This document shows, piece by piece, positions 47,016-59,713 of a stretch of DNA of 64,000 nucleotides. The DNA lies in assembly GCA_051294905.1 (NCBI GenBank), contig CM119373.1:30628001-30692000 (forward strand), in the 5' to 3' direction. A program made the translations under genes and the position numbers. Under the pieces are notes generated by a model. That model was not told the origin of the DNA, did not search any database, and worked only from the letters and a program-made list of their open reading frames with translations. The first letter of the stretch is position 1, and each line of letters opens with the position of its first letter. The DNA comes from Botryllus schlosseri. Taxonomy: Eukaryota.

Positions 47016-47531
47016 GTTTCATGAAAGTTCGCGTGTTGATAGAATAACAAAGCTCTGATATAGTGCGCTATGGACTTCGCAAATTATAGGTGCAGGTGTA
47101 GTCATAATCTATTCGATACTCATCTACAGACGGGTAACGACATGGCGTATTTCATGGCAAGCATACGTGAAACTTTTCTAAAATATCTGCAACTTTTCTG
47201 GAAATTGTACTATAATTTTCAGGTATCACTTGTTCACCATGTATGAAATGGGAACTATGGACATTAATTATGTGCTATAAAGCGTCACGTCGGGTTTATT
47301 TAATTGTGGATTATAGAATTTCTTTCGGTCAAATTTAATTGAAATTTGTCAAATATTCTGCCTCCCGTCTCCCCCGTAGTTTCCAACTGTATCCTACGCC
47401 TATATTGAAGCAAACCACCTGGTATATCTTTGGGCATGAGATCCAGAGTCATACATCAACAACTTACCATCCGCCACCGCCATCATCATCATCGTAAGTA
47501 CGGCCCCCGCCGTGAGCAAGTGCGTCATCAT
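45837..47531 (-). pseudogene. Secreted C-type lectin, left copy: leader exon 47468-47531, exon 2 46632-46767, exon 3 45837-46086; premature TAG at 46050-46052
   Basis: Leader MMTHLLTAGAVLTMMMMAVAD g|GTAAGT (phase 1); exon 2 VQWSRVGNVFFKL..AKSRCAELRGTLA..ca|GTAAGG (phase 2); exon 3 WIGY..QPD..C..CQSDKQFIC with a stop and a 15-nt deletion relative to the right copy. The exon 2 acceptor is weak. Confidence 0.75.
46330..46511 (+). mobile_element. 5'-truncated SINE in lectin intron 2 (mirror copy 50623-50804, minus strand)
   Basis: CTCCTCCTCGCC..GGCCTGGTGTAAATGACCAT..(CAA)n. Present in both arms, so it predates the duplication. Confidence 0.85.
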
Positions 47532-48824
47532 TTCAGGTCTTCGTGGATCTCGTTACCGTTACACTATGGGTGTAGGAAAAATGTGGGTTTTGCAAAACGT
47601 TCCAGGATTAAGCAAATCGCCTGACTTCCTGGGGACCAGAAAGGTACGATTCTGCCAGAATCGAATGAACTTTAATTCCGCTCTACGCCAGGATCAAGTG
47701 CTGAACTAAGGCACATTGGCACCCGAACGCAATGTAGTATGCAGGTATGGGGGTGCTTATAGTTAGAGCGAGGGTACGGGCAAGCTTTCTAGCTCGAGGT
47801 CCGCATCCAACATCTGAATCCATTCGCGGGCTGCGCAGTAGTAAAATTGAATAATAACCCTAAATGCATTCATATTTTATTAGAAAGTGACCGAATACAT
47901 TGAGAAAATATATATTTATAGATATATTTAAAACAAATCAAATTTGGATTCGATGATAACGCACGCGCGTCAGAAACATTACCGGAATTTATAGGATATG
48001 TTCATCATTAACAACAACGAAGTTTTAAAAACTGGTGATGGAAGTCGGTTTTGCCGATTCTTAGAACATGATGGAAATTTGAATTTGTGAGCAGCGACCT
48101 GGTCTTAGATTTGCTGACTCAACAACTAACACGAAGCGAAAGGTTGTCGTACTACAATAACACCCCGTAGAGCTGAAACCGCACACAAAACGTGTTCACG
48201 GCTCATGTAGCTTATATGCCGAAGCAATATCCTTTTACCGGAATTACAGTATATATTAACTTCATTTCCTCTGTTATGCAGAAGGATTCGCGAAATGGCG
48301 CTGAAAAACGCCACGTTGGAGTCTTTTGTGAACTCAGCCCGCCATCTGGTCCGCGTAACCGGTGTCTTACAATATGATGGGTGCTCAAAGTTTTTGTTAA
48401 CTTGGCATGCTTTCGAATTATCCGCATGTGCGACGCACCCGTTAAAAATAATGTTGCATAAGTGTTCACGATTCACACTGCACCTATAATTTGCGAAGTC
48501 CATAGCGCACTATATCAGAGCTTTGATAATCTATCAACACGCGAACTTTCCTGAAACATACTCGTAGTTTCGGACCAACTGCTATGTGTCGGAGGTTTCT
48601 CTGGGCGCCTCATCGCTGACCTCACTGCAGTAGCAGTGTTTCCAAAGCCCAGAGTGAAGGTGAGCCGAGCCAAAAGTCGGCAGCAAAGTACAAGATATGG
48701 GCGCATGAAAATCGAGCGTGACCGATGATGAAAGAGAGCGAGAAAGGAAGTCGTCTGAAACATTACAAAGACAAAGAACTGAAATTACTGAAATTAATGT
48801 CGTGGCGAAAATGACCGTATAGGT

Positions 48825-50077
48825 CAGGGGTGGGCAAACGTTTGGGATCGCGGGCCGCAATCAACATCTAAATCCATTCGCGGGCCGCACTATATTAAAT
48901 TGAGATTATCAGCCAAAAGGCAATATTGCTATTTAATCATATAGCAGTAGTTCTTAAACTTTATTAGATACGTCTCCCTTTATGATAGTGAAAGATTTCC
49001 CGCCCCCTTTCTCGTGATATCACAAAATATCCAAGAGAGAAATCAGAATACTAGCAATACCAACGGATAGTTTGATTGCCTTGAAGGTTATGGCTGAAGA
49101 CGAAAGAATTATCAAATATGAAAAAGCGCGAAAATTTTTTCAGTTTACTGCGGCTTCGCGCCTCTTTTCAGATGCTTCAACGTCCCCCAGTTTGAGAACC
49201 ATACTGTTGTATAATGACTGAAGAAATATGAAGATAATATATAAGTGGGTGTCCTCATCAGTAACCAGTTTGTAAAGAAAAACACTCGTGGATCGAGCAT
49301 TCAACATCTAAATCCATTCGCCTACCGCACTTAATCAAATTATCATTATCAACCAAAACGCAATATTGGTATTTTATTATATAGCGAGGATGTGGAAATT
49401 ATATATATATATTTTATTTAAAACAAACCAACCAACCAACCATTGATTTGCGGACATGGTACACAAGTCAGAAACATTGGCGAGATTTCATAAGCTCCTG
49501 GTCAACCTCAATATAACGAATTTCAAAACTAGGGATGAAATTCGGTTGTCCCGATTCTTAGAACAGGATGGATATTTGAATCTGTGAGCAGTGATATATT
49601 TATAGATTTGCTGATTTTACTTTTGGTTCAACTCCAGGACACACAATGTTGACAGCGTCATAACCATGTTATCTTCAAAAACGCTATATATAGATTTGAT
49701 GATTATAAATACTTCTGCACATACAGAGAACGAATCTACCTACCACACGCGCGAATCGGTTTTCCCAAGTAAAGCACTAAAGTAATAAACTTGCTGGAGA
49801 GGCAAATGTAAAATTACACTCGTGATTCTGAATTCATTCCCATTTTGACTTTCTGTAATGTTTTGCAATTGAAACCTTTTAAAATGCGTGGGCCTTGAGG
49901 TGGGCTATGAAATAAAAATATACTAGTCAGAATATATAATTTATGGTGAAATATAATGAGAAAAAGTTTAATCGAGTCCATGCAGAAATTAGAATTTTAC
50001 TGCGATCCTTCCGCGGGACGCACAAAACGGCGTCGAGGGCCGCATGCGACCCGCGGGCCGTAGTTTGCCCAACACTG
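48825..50077. mobile_element. Family C1 MITE composite in the palindrome loop
   Basis: CAGGGGTGGGCAAAC / GTTTGCCCAACACTG; TSD GTATAGGT / GTATAAGC (6/8); internal partial repeat and nested MITE from 48945. Another C1 fragment lies at ~47780-48110. Confidence 0.75.
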
Positions 50078-50367
50078 GTATAAGCGATAAGCGCCACTGT
50101 GTATGTGTGAATAAAACAAACAAACAATACTCGTATGGGGGACGTATCAGTTGTGGATAAAATCGTAATAAGTTTATAGTAACTGGAACTTTACACAATA
50201 TTTATTGCTACTTGCATATTGTATGGGTACACTAAACATATCTTGTAAGTTCGGCAACATTTGCAGCACATCATCAATAAATCAGTCAGTCAATTTGCTG
50301 ACGCTTTTTCAGCTTATGCAAACCGTAGGTTTGTAACGTATTACTATTGATTTCGGTGGTGGCGTAG

Positions 50368-51324
50368 TTCAATGGTCGAAAGTGGGAAACGTTTTTTTCA
50401 AGCTCATCAACGAATCGGTTAATCAAGCCACCGCGAAATCGCGCTGTGCGGAATTGCGCGGGACCTTGGCGGCCAAAGCATTGCGATCACCTGCCGCTGC
50501 TGAGTAAGATGATACCGTATTCACTTTCCCAACGTTTGAGTGCGTTTCCTGTAGTACACCCTAAATTTAGCATCTACGAAACATTAGAATACGCCCCTCT
50601 GATATTTTATTGACACACAGCAGGTTGTTGCTTTTTGTTGTTGTTGTTTTTGGCATTCATGGTGTTTGTCGACTATTATGGTCATTTACACCAGGCTGAT
50701 ATTCCTTATTTTTGATTTCGTATCTACCGACTTGTAGCATGGCCCACATGTAGGCATTTTGTTAGACACCGTTTACGCGGATGAGATGGCGAGGAGGAGT
50801 TGCCAAAAGTCGTCACGATACGTAAACGTAAGCACCGCAGTTATCTTGCGTCAAAATAATATTGAACAACGCATCTCAGAAGATTATGGTGTCGATATTG
50901 GTAGTTTACCGTCAAATATTTGCTACGAACGTATGATCTGTCATCGATTACCGCTAGATCAGTATTTGTTTTGAGATCAGAAATTTCTCAGCGATTCGTT
51001 ATAAAATGCAGTATCGACATCAAAATAACGTACCTCTTTAAACATTCTTACAGGCAGGCCTACCTCATTGATAGTGGGTTATTGAGAACGTCCAAGCACG
51101 GGGAGGGTATCCCAGTCTGGATTGGGTATGAAAAAGTGAATAATCAGTGGGAATGGGCCGATGGTGGAGCAACGGATTCGGAAACCACTGCATTCTCCCC
51201 GGGTCAACCTGATGGCAGTTATGGCAATTGCATCCAACTCTGGTACACGTCGGGAGGAGAATTGCCCATGAACTACACCTATTGTCAGTCTGATAAGCAA
51301 TTTATATGCGAGATCGTTGTCTAA
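50368..51324 (+). CDS. C-type lectin domain, right copy: exons 50368-50503 and 51054-51324, open, no leader exon found
   Basis: VQWSKVGNVFFKLINESVNQATAKSRCAELRGTLAAKALRSPAAA ga|GTAAGA..ttacAG|g QAYL..VWIGY..WADG..GQPDGSYGNCIQLW..CQSDKQFICEIVV*. All four canonical CTLD cysteines are present. Functional status is unknown. Confidence 0.65.
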
Positions 51325-52719
51325 AATGCGACCTTGGTCATGAAATATGCGATAGCTCACACGGATAATAGAGAGACAATCATATCAGGCGTTTGGCTAT
51401 AGCATTTGTATTGTTCAGTAGTTGGTGTTGGGCGCAACTAAGCAGTTATAGTACTAGATATACCTGGGTTCTCTGATGCCGTAAGCCTACATACTCCAAT
51501 GCGGCAATATGGATCAGTACGGATCAGACAGGTTTTAGCTGAAAACTGTGTCAGCAATCAGCATTCGGTTTGATATAACACATTGCACAACGGTGTAATG
51601 CAGGCTACGCATGTACGCGAACCTCGTCGACTTTGGTTTTAATCAAAATCAGACGTGTGATTCGTCAGTAAAGTCATTTTGACATATATGAATTTCCCTG
51701 GCAGACAATAGTAAGTACAGACGATCTCAATTTATGTGATCGAAATTCCTCGAATTTAGAATTGGTATCCATCGCTATCTCGCGGCGGCGAAACAAACGC
51801 AAATTCAACACGATACTGACATGAACCTTGCGTTTTCAAAAATTTATGCTGATTTTATAGAGGTTTGCTAAACATATCACACTCATAGCACTCTCTCCAA
51901 AGATCCACCACACCGACTGGAATGCGGGCTCTTGCAGACTCGATGAAAGTGACCTCATTTCTGATGGCTTGTTACCAACAAGTTAATATGACATCCTAAG
52001 ATGAGACCTTCGCTCCAGTAAATATTGGTATGACTTGCGTTACGAATGGTAGGCCTACTATACGCGAATATTGATTTGACTACAAGTGAGACAATATCTT
52101 AGTACTAGGGCAAGTTTTTGCTGCAGTCAAATCCCTGGAAAGTTGGCTTTATTTTTCACAAAAGGTACAGTCAGAAGTTGCATTATAATTTCACACAAGT
52201 TGCACTAAAAAGTTGCATTTATGGACAAGTTCTTCGAAATTATGAGGGTATGAGATACTCGAATCGTTCCGTATCTGAGGCACCGTAGCAAAACACAATG
52301 TCTAACCAAATCAGAAAGGAGCTCAAATTTAAACGACAGTGAAATAATCAAGTGATCTATTTACATACACTGCCAAATATTTCCAGTACAATGTGTTGTT
52401 GCATAAACAATCGAAGAGTTGGAAAAATTTGCACGAAAAAATAAAGAAAAGTTGCAAAAAGTTGCAATATAAGATTCTTTCAAACAGCTTAAAATACCAT
52501 ACTATATTACTTCCGAGTATTTAGGAAGCTGCCAGAAGTTGTCAAAAAAAAGTTATAAAAGTTGCAAAAACTTATTTAAAAACTTTTTCATGAGATCCAG
52601 TTTAATATATAATTGTGGAAATACAACATTAGATCTGTCGATAAGAGAAGGCTCTGAAATATTTTAAAGCCTCTCTTATCGGCCACTTACGTTTAATTCA
52701 ACGATATCTACTGTCCCGT

Positions 52720-54044
52720 TCACACATAAAACAAGGATACCTTGAAGTTATAGACAAGTTGCACCAGTAGCCTATTTATGAGTTCAAAATCAACGGAAAC
52801 TTTACACGTTTGAGTAGTTTGAGTACTATATTCCAAATTTGAAATCAAAAGTTTCATATTCTCGTAAGACCCCTTGATGTCAGTTAGACCAGCTACAGGG
52901 ATAGAGGCACATTGATTTGTATTGTGCGACGAAACAGTTTGTAGGTTTGGTGCATAAATAAAGAGGCGCAATCCACAGTTCCCAAAGTCTCTATAAGACC
53001 TTGAACATGGACACAATAGACTAAAGATGGTTTGGAGGCAAAGAAGAGTGTGTTTTTACTATCACGATGCATATACCAAGCAACAGTGGTATCAGTGCCA
53101 AGTATATGTTGGGCTCTCTATCTGGAACCTACAATAAGAGCTTATTAATTTGGCAAATTCGAATTTATGACAAAGTTATTTAGTTCGGCTTGATTCAACT
53201 TTATATAGCTGCTGATCACCATCACACTCATCGACTCATGCTGAGAACATTCTTCAGACAAAGACTCTTCACCGAGAAAATCTTCTTCCACTGTTTGTAA
53301 AACTTTTGAAGGCAATGGAATTGTGACATCTTGGGCCATGAGAAATCGGTCGTATTGCGCAAGTCAAATTGGGTATTGATTTAATGCTGATTTTTGACAT
53401 TGAATAAAAAAAAAACATGAGCAAAAGTAACAATCTTATCCATGTCCAAGTGGCTCTTTCTAAACCATTGGCACACCAAATGCTAAAGATTTTTGTTTTC
53501 AAATGCTTCACAGCCTCAATGTCGCTTTGTTTATTTTTCATTCAGTGTGCTGTGAATTCCTTTTCTTTACATCGCTTAGGCGATGGTGGGTGTCTGATTT
53601 CAAAGACAACTCCAAGTCGTTTCGACGCCTTCCTATCTTTTCGTTATATCGCAGACTTGTGATGTTTTGAAAGGAAGAAAGTATTACTAAATTGATGCTG
53701 ATATCAGAAACTAGGTCATCAAATACTTACTTTTTTACATACTTATAAAAAGTTACTTTTACTTCTACTTGAGTAGAAATTGACGCCGTTACTTCTACTT
53801 CTACTTGAGTACCTATGGTAAGTACTTTGACCATCTCTGATGACGTCACAGTGGTTATAGCTATGACCCAACTGCAAGGAATACGTCACAGAACAGGCTG
53901 TTTTTAGCACTAAAATGCAAAATTTTAAATCACAGATTATAAAAAATCATGACGTGATAGGAAAAAATCGACTTCATATCAGCGTACGACAATTGACCTA
54001 TAGTCATCGTTTGGGTCAAAAAACAAAAATCATGTCGACCAGTG
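52720..54044 (-). mobile_element. Second Chapaev3-like remnant with 5' TIR, interrupted by a LINE fragment and a hAT MITE end (~53839)
   Basis: Terminus CACTGGTCGACA at 54044. Transposase remnants FGVPMV*KEPLGHG*DCYFC, IPNLTCAIRPISH, QAELNNFV..NL and SIPVAG..SYENMKLL. Confidence 0.8.
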
Positions 54045-54090
54045 TAATTATTGTTCTGCAAAGATTTTGTTTTGTTTCTACGTCGAAAGT

Positions 54091-54685
54091 TTAAAGTCCA
54101 GAGTAAACTCTGCCGGGACTCGGCGTCGCCTGTCCGCGGTTTCTCCCGCTTCTTCTTGCCAGCTGAATCGCCCACAGCTGTTCTTCGTCTTCGGTCGTGA
54201 AAAAGCCAAGGCGAGGCAGCTTGCTCCAAGTAAAGGCGTCGTCCTCGGCGACGTACATATTCGCCGGGTGCATCCGGCGCGGTATTTTGCTGCTCCCCTC
54301 ATTTCCTATATCCACTTGAAGTAGTTTTGAAACGTCGTTGAAATCGCTACTTTTACTTGTAATTGGGTAAAGATTCTACTACAGATGCAACGCTGGGCCA
54401 GGGCAACCATCTATTATCATGTTTACATCATTTCTGCAACCCACTCACATGAATCTTAGCATCAGAAACCTCTTCTTTGATAGTGTGGGAATCGCGCATG
54501 AACCGTTCCAGCTCCAGATCCGTGATGAAACCGTCCCCTTCTTTGTTGATCGTGTCGAAGATGCCCCTCATTTCCTTCTCTGTGACGTAATTCCTGCCGC
54601 GCAATAAGCGGGCGCGCTCTTTGACGAGCTCGCGTTTACGTCTGTCGCTGGGTCGGGTCAGATAGTAATACAGATTTCCCCACAT
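54091..54685 (-). pseudogene. EF-hand gene, right copy; 768-bp deletion removes the exon 2 acceptor and EF-hand 2
   Basis: Exon 1 (54449-54685) and its donor are intact. The junction at ~54295 fuses the equivalents of 40700 and 41469 across a GGA microhomology. Confidence 0.85.
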
Positions 54686-56904
54686 ACCACTTTACCTTAC
54701 TCCGCTCGTCTTGTTCAGCTCTGAAGAAGACAGCGGGAAACTACTTGTTACATGACTCTTTGATATGATATATATATCACGGCTTCTCAATCTGTTAGTA
54801 GCGAAATTTCTTTTTTGAATTGATTTGCTGAGTTAAATACGACCCCGAGCCTATAGGTAAAATGGCAGAGTATGAGATTTCGGAATGTAAAAGTTATTTT
54901 TTTGCGTTGCGAGAACGACTGAACGTAGCATGTTACAAATTTACTTCACTATAATCAATGCGGAAATGAGATGTGTATCCAGTCTGGTATACTTCAACGA
55001 GAAGACCTCACATGACGCCGGTAGGAAACCGTATCGGGATGCGAAGGTAATTAAGTCTCACGTTCCAATCAATACCGACGCGTTGATAAAAACATGCTTG
55101 TTCGAGAAATTCTGATAACATCGCAACAATACTCGAAATATCTACTTAAATATATAGGATGTAATTGATCGTATTCTCTCGCGTAATGGTATCTATACTA
55201 TACTTGTCTATTCCAAATCCATTACCTTCTATAATGACTCGTCCGTGCAATGCGATGTGTTTTGTCAGTAATTCATGGCTCAAATCATATGCTTATTCTC
55301 TATAATCACTGCCGTACGTTTTCGTTGCAACGTATGATTAGGGGCCGCATAAATGTGAATTCGACATCTTCTGTATCACAGTGTGGGCAATACGTACTGA
55401 GCGACCACTAGTAACTATGGAAAACTGATTGCTTATATATTATGTTTGCACACTTAAGGTGTTTGAGGAGGTGTTGTCCGATTGCACCATTATACATGCC
55501 GTTATCTGATCTTAGTCAGGCATGGCATGGTGAATTGTTTGTTGCAAGCGCTGAGACGTGCAAGCCGCATACCTACTATCGCATCGTCACGTGTATTGGC
55601 AAATTGTATTACTCTGATCAATCGCAGGTAGCATATCCTTTCTCGTACATGCAGCAACGAATTCGCAAACGCGGGGTTCTTTCTACTCGAGAAAAGCAAT
55701 GACTCACGACGGATTCAATTTGCTTTTCGCACATGTTTCAAAATATCCTAATCCACCGAAGATGATAATATGCTTGGCACTTTCTCGGTCCCAACTTCTT
55801 TTCGTTGTGGAAATCTCGCAGTACGTTCAATTGTTATTATGCACTCTGTATGGCCATTGGCAAAGAAAATAGATCTGATGACATTCATTTCAATACTTCG
55901 ACGGCAATCCGACAGTCGATGAACATATCTACATCCAAATCAAGATATAAGCCGACTCTACTGAATGAATGCTAGTCAGCGCTCGAGATTACTGGGCCAT
56001 GATCTGAAATATCGACGTCGTCTTCCGTCACATGCAATCTCTTTTTGTTGCTTTTCCTTTTATGTCATCTTCCAGTGATTTTCATTCAGTGTGTAAGCCT
56101 CCTCTTCACATAGACTATAAGCTCAGATAGGTATCTGCTTTCAAGCACTACCCCAATTCGAGGCGTGATGATAGTTCGAGCGCAGCGCACGAACTTATTT
56201 GAGATATGTGAAGCTGGAACGCAATAGCGGTGGAATATCATTCGTTTTCGTAAAATATGGATCAGCATTATTATTATTATTATCGATATTGATTTTATGC
56301 GTGAGCGTGTTGCACAACAACAATCCTAAATATCTTGACCAGAATTGAAGATTCGGTGTTGCAATTTGGGATTTGAACAGAGGACAGTTAACCATGTAGT
56401 AGGGATGCATTTAAATCAAAAATCAATTTAAAAACATGTTTTTCTGCCACAGAGGAATTTGGAAAATTGTAGAAATAGTGAAAGTTTAGTTTCATTTGTT
56501 ATGTTCATATATTGAAAAATATATTAATATTATATAATTATACGTAGGCTCTACATAAAGCTTTTCATCCCACTCTGATGAGACGTAGTGGCATGTAATG
56601 TACAACTCAAAAATGGGAGGGGTAACGGCGACTTTTGCCCCCCCGGCTGTGATAACCCACGGCCAACAGCAACGAATTTATTTCGATTATATACAAATGG
56701 CAATTAATGCTGTATCGATTGTATCATTGGATTTGATGTTTTGACATCGCAACTTCAATAGATACAAGACACACTATGTACATTGTAAAGCTAGCATATT
56801 ATAAAATTCTTTATCCACTTCTCTGTAGTATCCCATTAAACAAAGAATTGTTCGAAGCGGGTCCTCTATTGGTTATAATATTTCCCATTATAGTAAAACT
56901 ATCA

Positions 56905-57290
56905 TCATCATCATTGGTTTATTAGCACTTTTATCAGTTCAATACACCACAAAAAATGCGATACAGTGAAAAGAAAGGAAGATGTCGAAGCGACTAGGAG
57001 TTGTCTATGGAATCGGACACCCACCTTGGCCTAGGCGATGTAAAGAGGAGGCATGCACACTGAATGAAAGTAAAGAAGATAGTATAGAAAAAGGAAGCGA
57101 CAAGAAATAGGGCGGCATGTCATGGGAAGCGAGATCGATAGGTCAATCGTGGTCCGGTAATCTTGAGGATGGACTGTATTTAACTAAAACCCTAATCACA
57201 CAGTGGATGCGGGGATTGGGTCATTGGGTTTTGCCACGCGAGTGGAACAGTAGATGTTCACAGGAGTTGTATGATCTTTCAAGGCCGTAA
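56905..57290 (-). mobile_element. CR1/L2-like LINE 3' end
   Basis: Aligns with 31130-31415 (aagattaccggaccac..cagtgtgcatgcctc..gggtgtc.gatt..gtatcgca..tgatgatgatag). Confidence 0.7.
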
Positions 57291-57849
57291 CTGTCGCACC
57301 CCCAACCTCCAATTGAGAGGAGCTAGAAGGGGCCCAAAATTATGCCGTTTATAGTTGTTTGTTGGAGAAGATTTATCAAACTTGATAATTTCCATGCGAT
57401 TTAATTAGTATTAGTGGAGGAATGGGCTTATCGGTGGCGGCGATTACCACACATTGAACAGGACAAGAACAAAAGAGGTGGACCACAGAATATTTTCAAA
57501 CCGGAAAATGGGCCACGACCAAAAAAAGGTTGAGAACTTCTGGACTAGACAAAGGTATCATAGCAATATGTCAGCGTCTATCGTCGGTAAAGTCACTGTT
57601 TTAGCAATTTATATAACTGTGTTCAACCGACCAACCATCGTCATTTGTCAATTCCAATGTTTGGGAATGAAGGTGTTGATAGAATAGGACGCTATGATCA
57701 ATTGGCTGTATAATTGAGTATTCAAGTTGGCAATACGGGCATGGAATTCGGGTAACATTTTGGAATAATGTGACCCGTCTGGCCCGCGAGCGATTTGAAG
57801 GTCAGAATCCGGCCAGCAACGCAACTTGAGTTTGACACCCCTGTCATAG

Positions 57850-58146
57850 AGTGGATTGAAATTGACAATTGAAAATACAGGGTAAATATAGCTCCATTGG
57901 CGAAATATCTACGTAATATAGCTGTTGAGCCGACTATTTTGAGGTTCCAACCCTCCCATATGGTATACGTCGGCTTTATCGGGTGGTAATCGTCCGTATA
58001 TAGGCTCATGCAACATATTTTTGGAAAGTATTTACAACTTAACTTAAAAAAACACTATTTTTTTAAATGTCATTGTTTAAAACACTGTTTTAATAATATT
58101 TTAAACAAAGTGTTTTAAAAAATCGTTTGTTTTAAATGCAATCCTA
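57850..58146. mobile_element. Partial family T MITE
   Basis: Matches the 32022-32420 family interior and right TIR (ttttaaatgcaatccta). Confidence 0.75.
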
Positions 58147-58194
58147 GAGGCAGGCATGCAATCTATTTGGCAGATCGAAAGTAGGAGTGTCAAG

Positions 58195-58360
58195 GTTGTT
58201 CTTTTTGTAGTAGACATGGTGTTTTACGACTGCGATGGTCATTTACACCAGGCCAATATTTTAAATGTGGATTCTGTAGTTGCCGACTTGTAGCACGGGC
58301 ACTTCTAGGCTTTTATAAGACACCACTTACTTAATGGATGAGATGGTGAGGAGTGTTATG
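58195..58360 (-). mobile_element. SINE 3' half; further fragments at ~61040-61110, ~48330-48380 and ~24240-24380
   Basis: ggtcatttacaccaggcc..gccgacttgtagcacgg..taagacacc. Confidence 0.75.
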
Positions 58361-59713
58361 ATTCTCTGGCAAACATGGCGAATTATGGGAGTATGGAAGT
58401 ATGTTACCACTTACCATGTCATACCTGTAAACTTCCGTTCCATACCATACATGCACAATTGCACATTCCCGTAGTCCATACAGAGATTTCGCTAAATACC
58501 ACATCATGGACCTGGCTGCAACTATATTCCGCCCTCCATCTTCAGTCTTAATTTTGATATCATGCACGGATATAAAAAGGTTGTCTAATGACGCGATGTA
58601 GGCGTTGTCTCGATGCCACAGCGATCATCCTCGCGGGCACCCTTCATCGATACGTTTCTCATTTCTTGGGGTACGGACAGTCTGCCTACGTCACGCGGAC
58701 AACCCGACGTCGGTGTAGGCCGCAGAACTATTAGATGGTGCAACATCCGGTTATATAGTATTTGTGGTGAGTGGGCAGGGGGCACTAATGTATCATACTG
58801 CGAGTGAGTCGTTAGTCATACGTCTTGTGAACTATTGGACGCTCTTCTGTACGTAGATTACATTTAAACTCGCCTCCCAAATAATGGATTGACCACAAAA
58901 TAATTTTAAAGAATAGTAGTTCGGAGACACCAATATGGAACGATTTCGAAAACTGTTGCAAAACTGTAGCAAACTAAACGGCATGTCAAAACTATTAGAA
59001 GTAGGAGTCGAGAATGAAAATCTGGAAGTTTTCAGGCAAGTAGGTTCAAAATGCCTACATTTCGCGATGTAAAAGTTCTTTTCGGCGTTGCGAGAACGAC
59101 TCAACGCAGCATGTTGCATGTTTACTTCAGTATAACCTATGCGTAAAAGAGATCTGTATCCAGCAGTCAGATATACTTTAACGAGAAGAGCTCACATGAC
59201 ACTGGCAGGAAACTGTTTCGGGATGCTCAGGCAATTCAGTCGCACGCTCAAATCAATACGGACACGTTAATAAAAACGTGTTTGCTGGAAAAATCCTGAT
59301 AACATCACAAAATAATCGAATACTCTCCTAAATATATGGGATGTAATTGGTCGTATTCTCTCACGCGGTGGCCGTCTACTACTTGTCTCATTCCAAATTC
59401 ACATTTGTTCACTTCTATTGTGACTCGTCAGTGTAATGTAATGTGTTTTGTCAGTGTTTCGTGACTGAAATCATATATGCTTCTCTATAATCACTTCAGC
59501 ATGTTTTCGTTGCTATGCGTATGATTGAGTGGCAGCATTCATTTGAATTAGACATATTTCTATATCATTTTGATGTACACACAGTGTGGGCAACACCTAC
59601 TGAGCGATCACGATCAACTGTGGAAAACTGATTGCTGTTATTACAGTTGGCGCACTTCCGGTGTTTGAAGAGGTATTATGGTTGAATTACAAGCCGTTAT
59701 CTGATCTTAGTCA

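Noticed and set aside
50316-50336. ATG at 50316 as the start of the right lectin copy
   Set aside because: In-frame TAA at codon 7, present in both copies.
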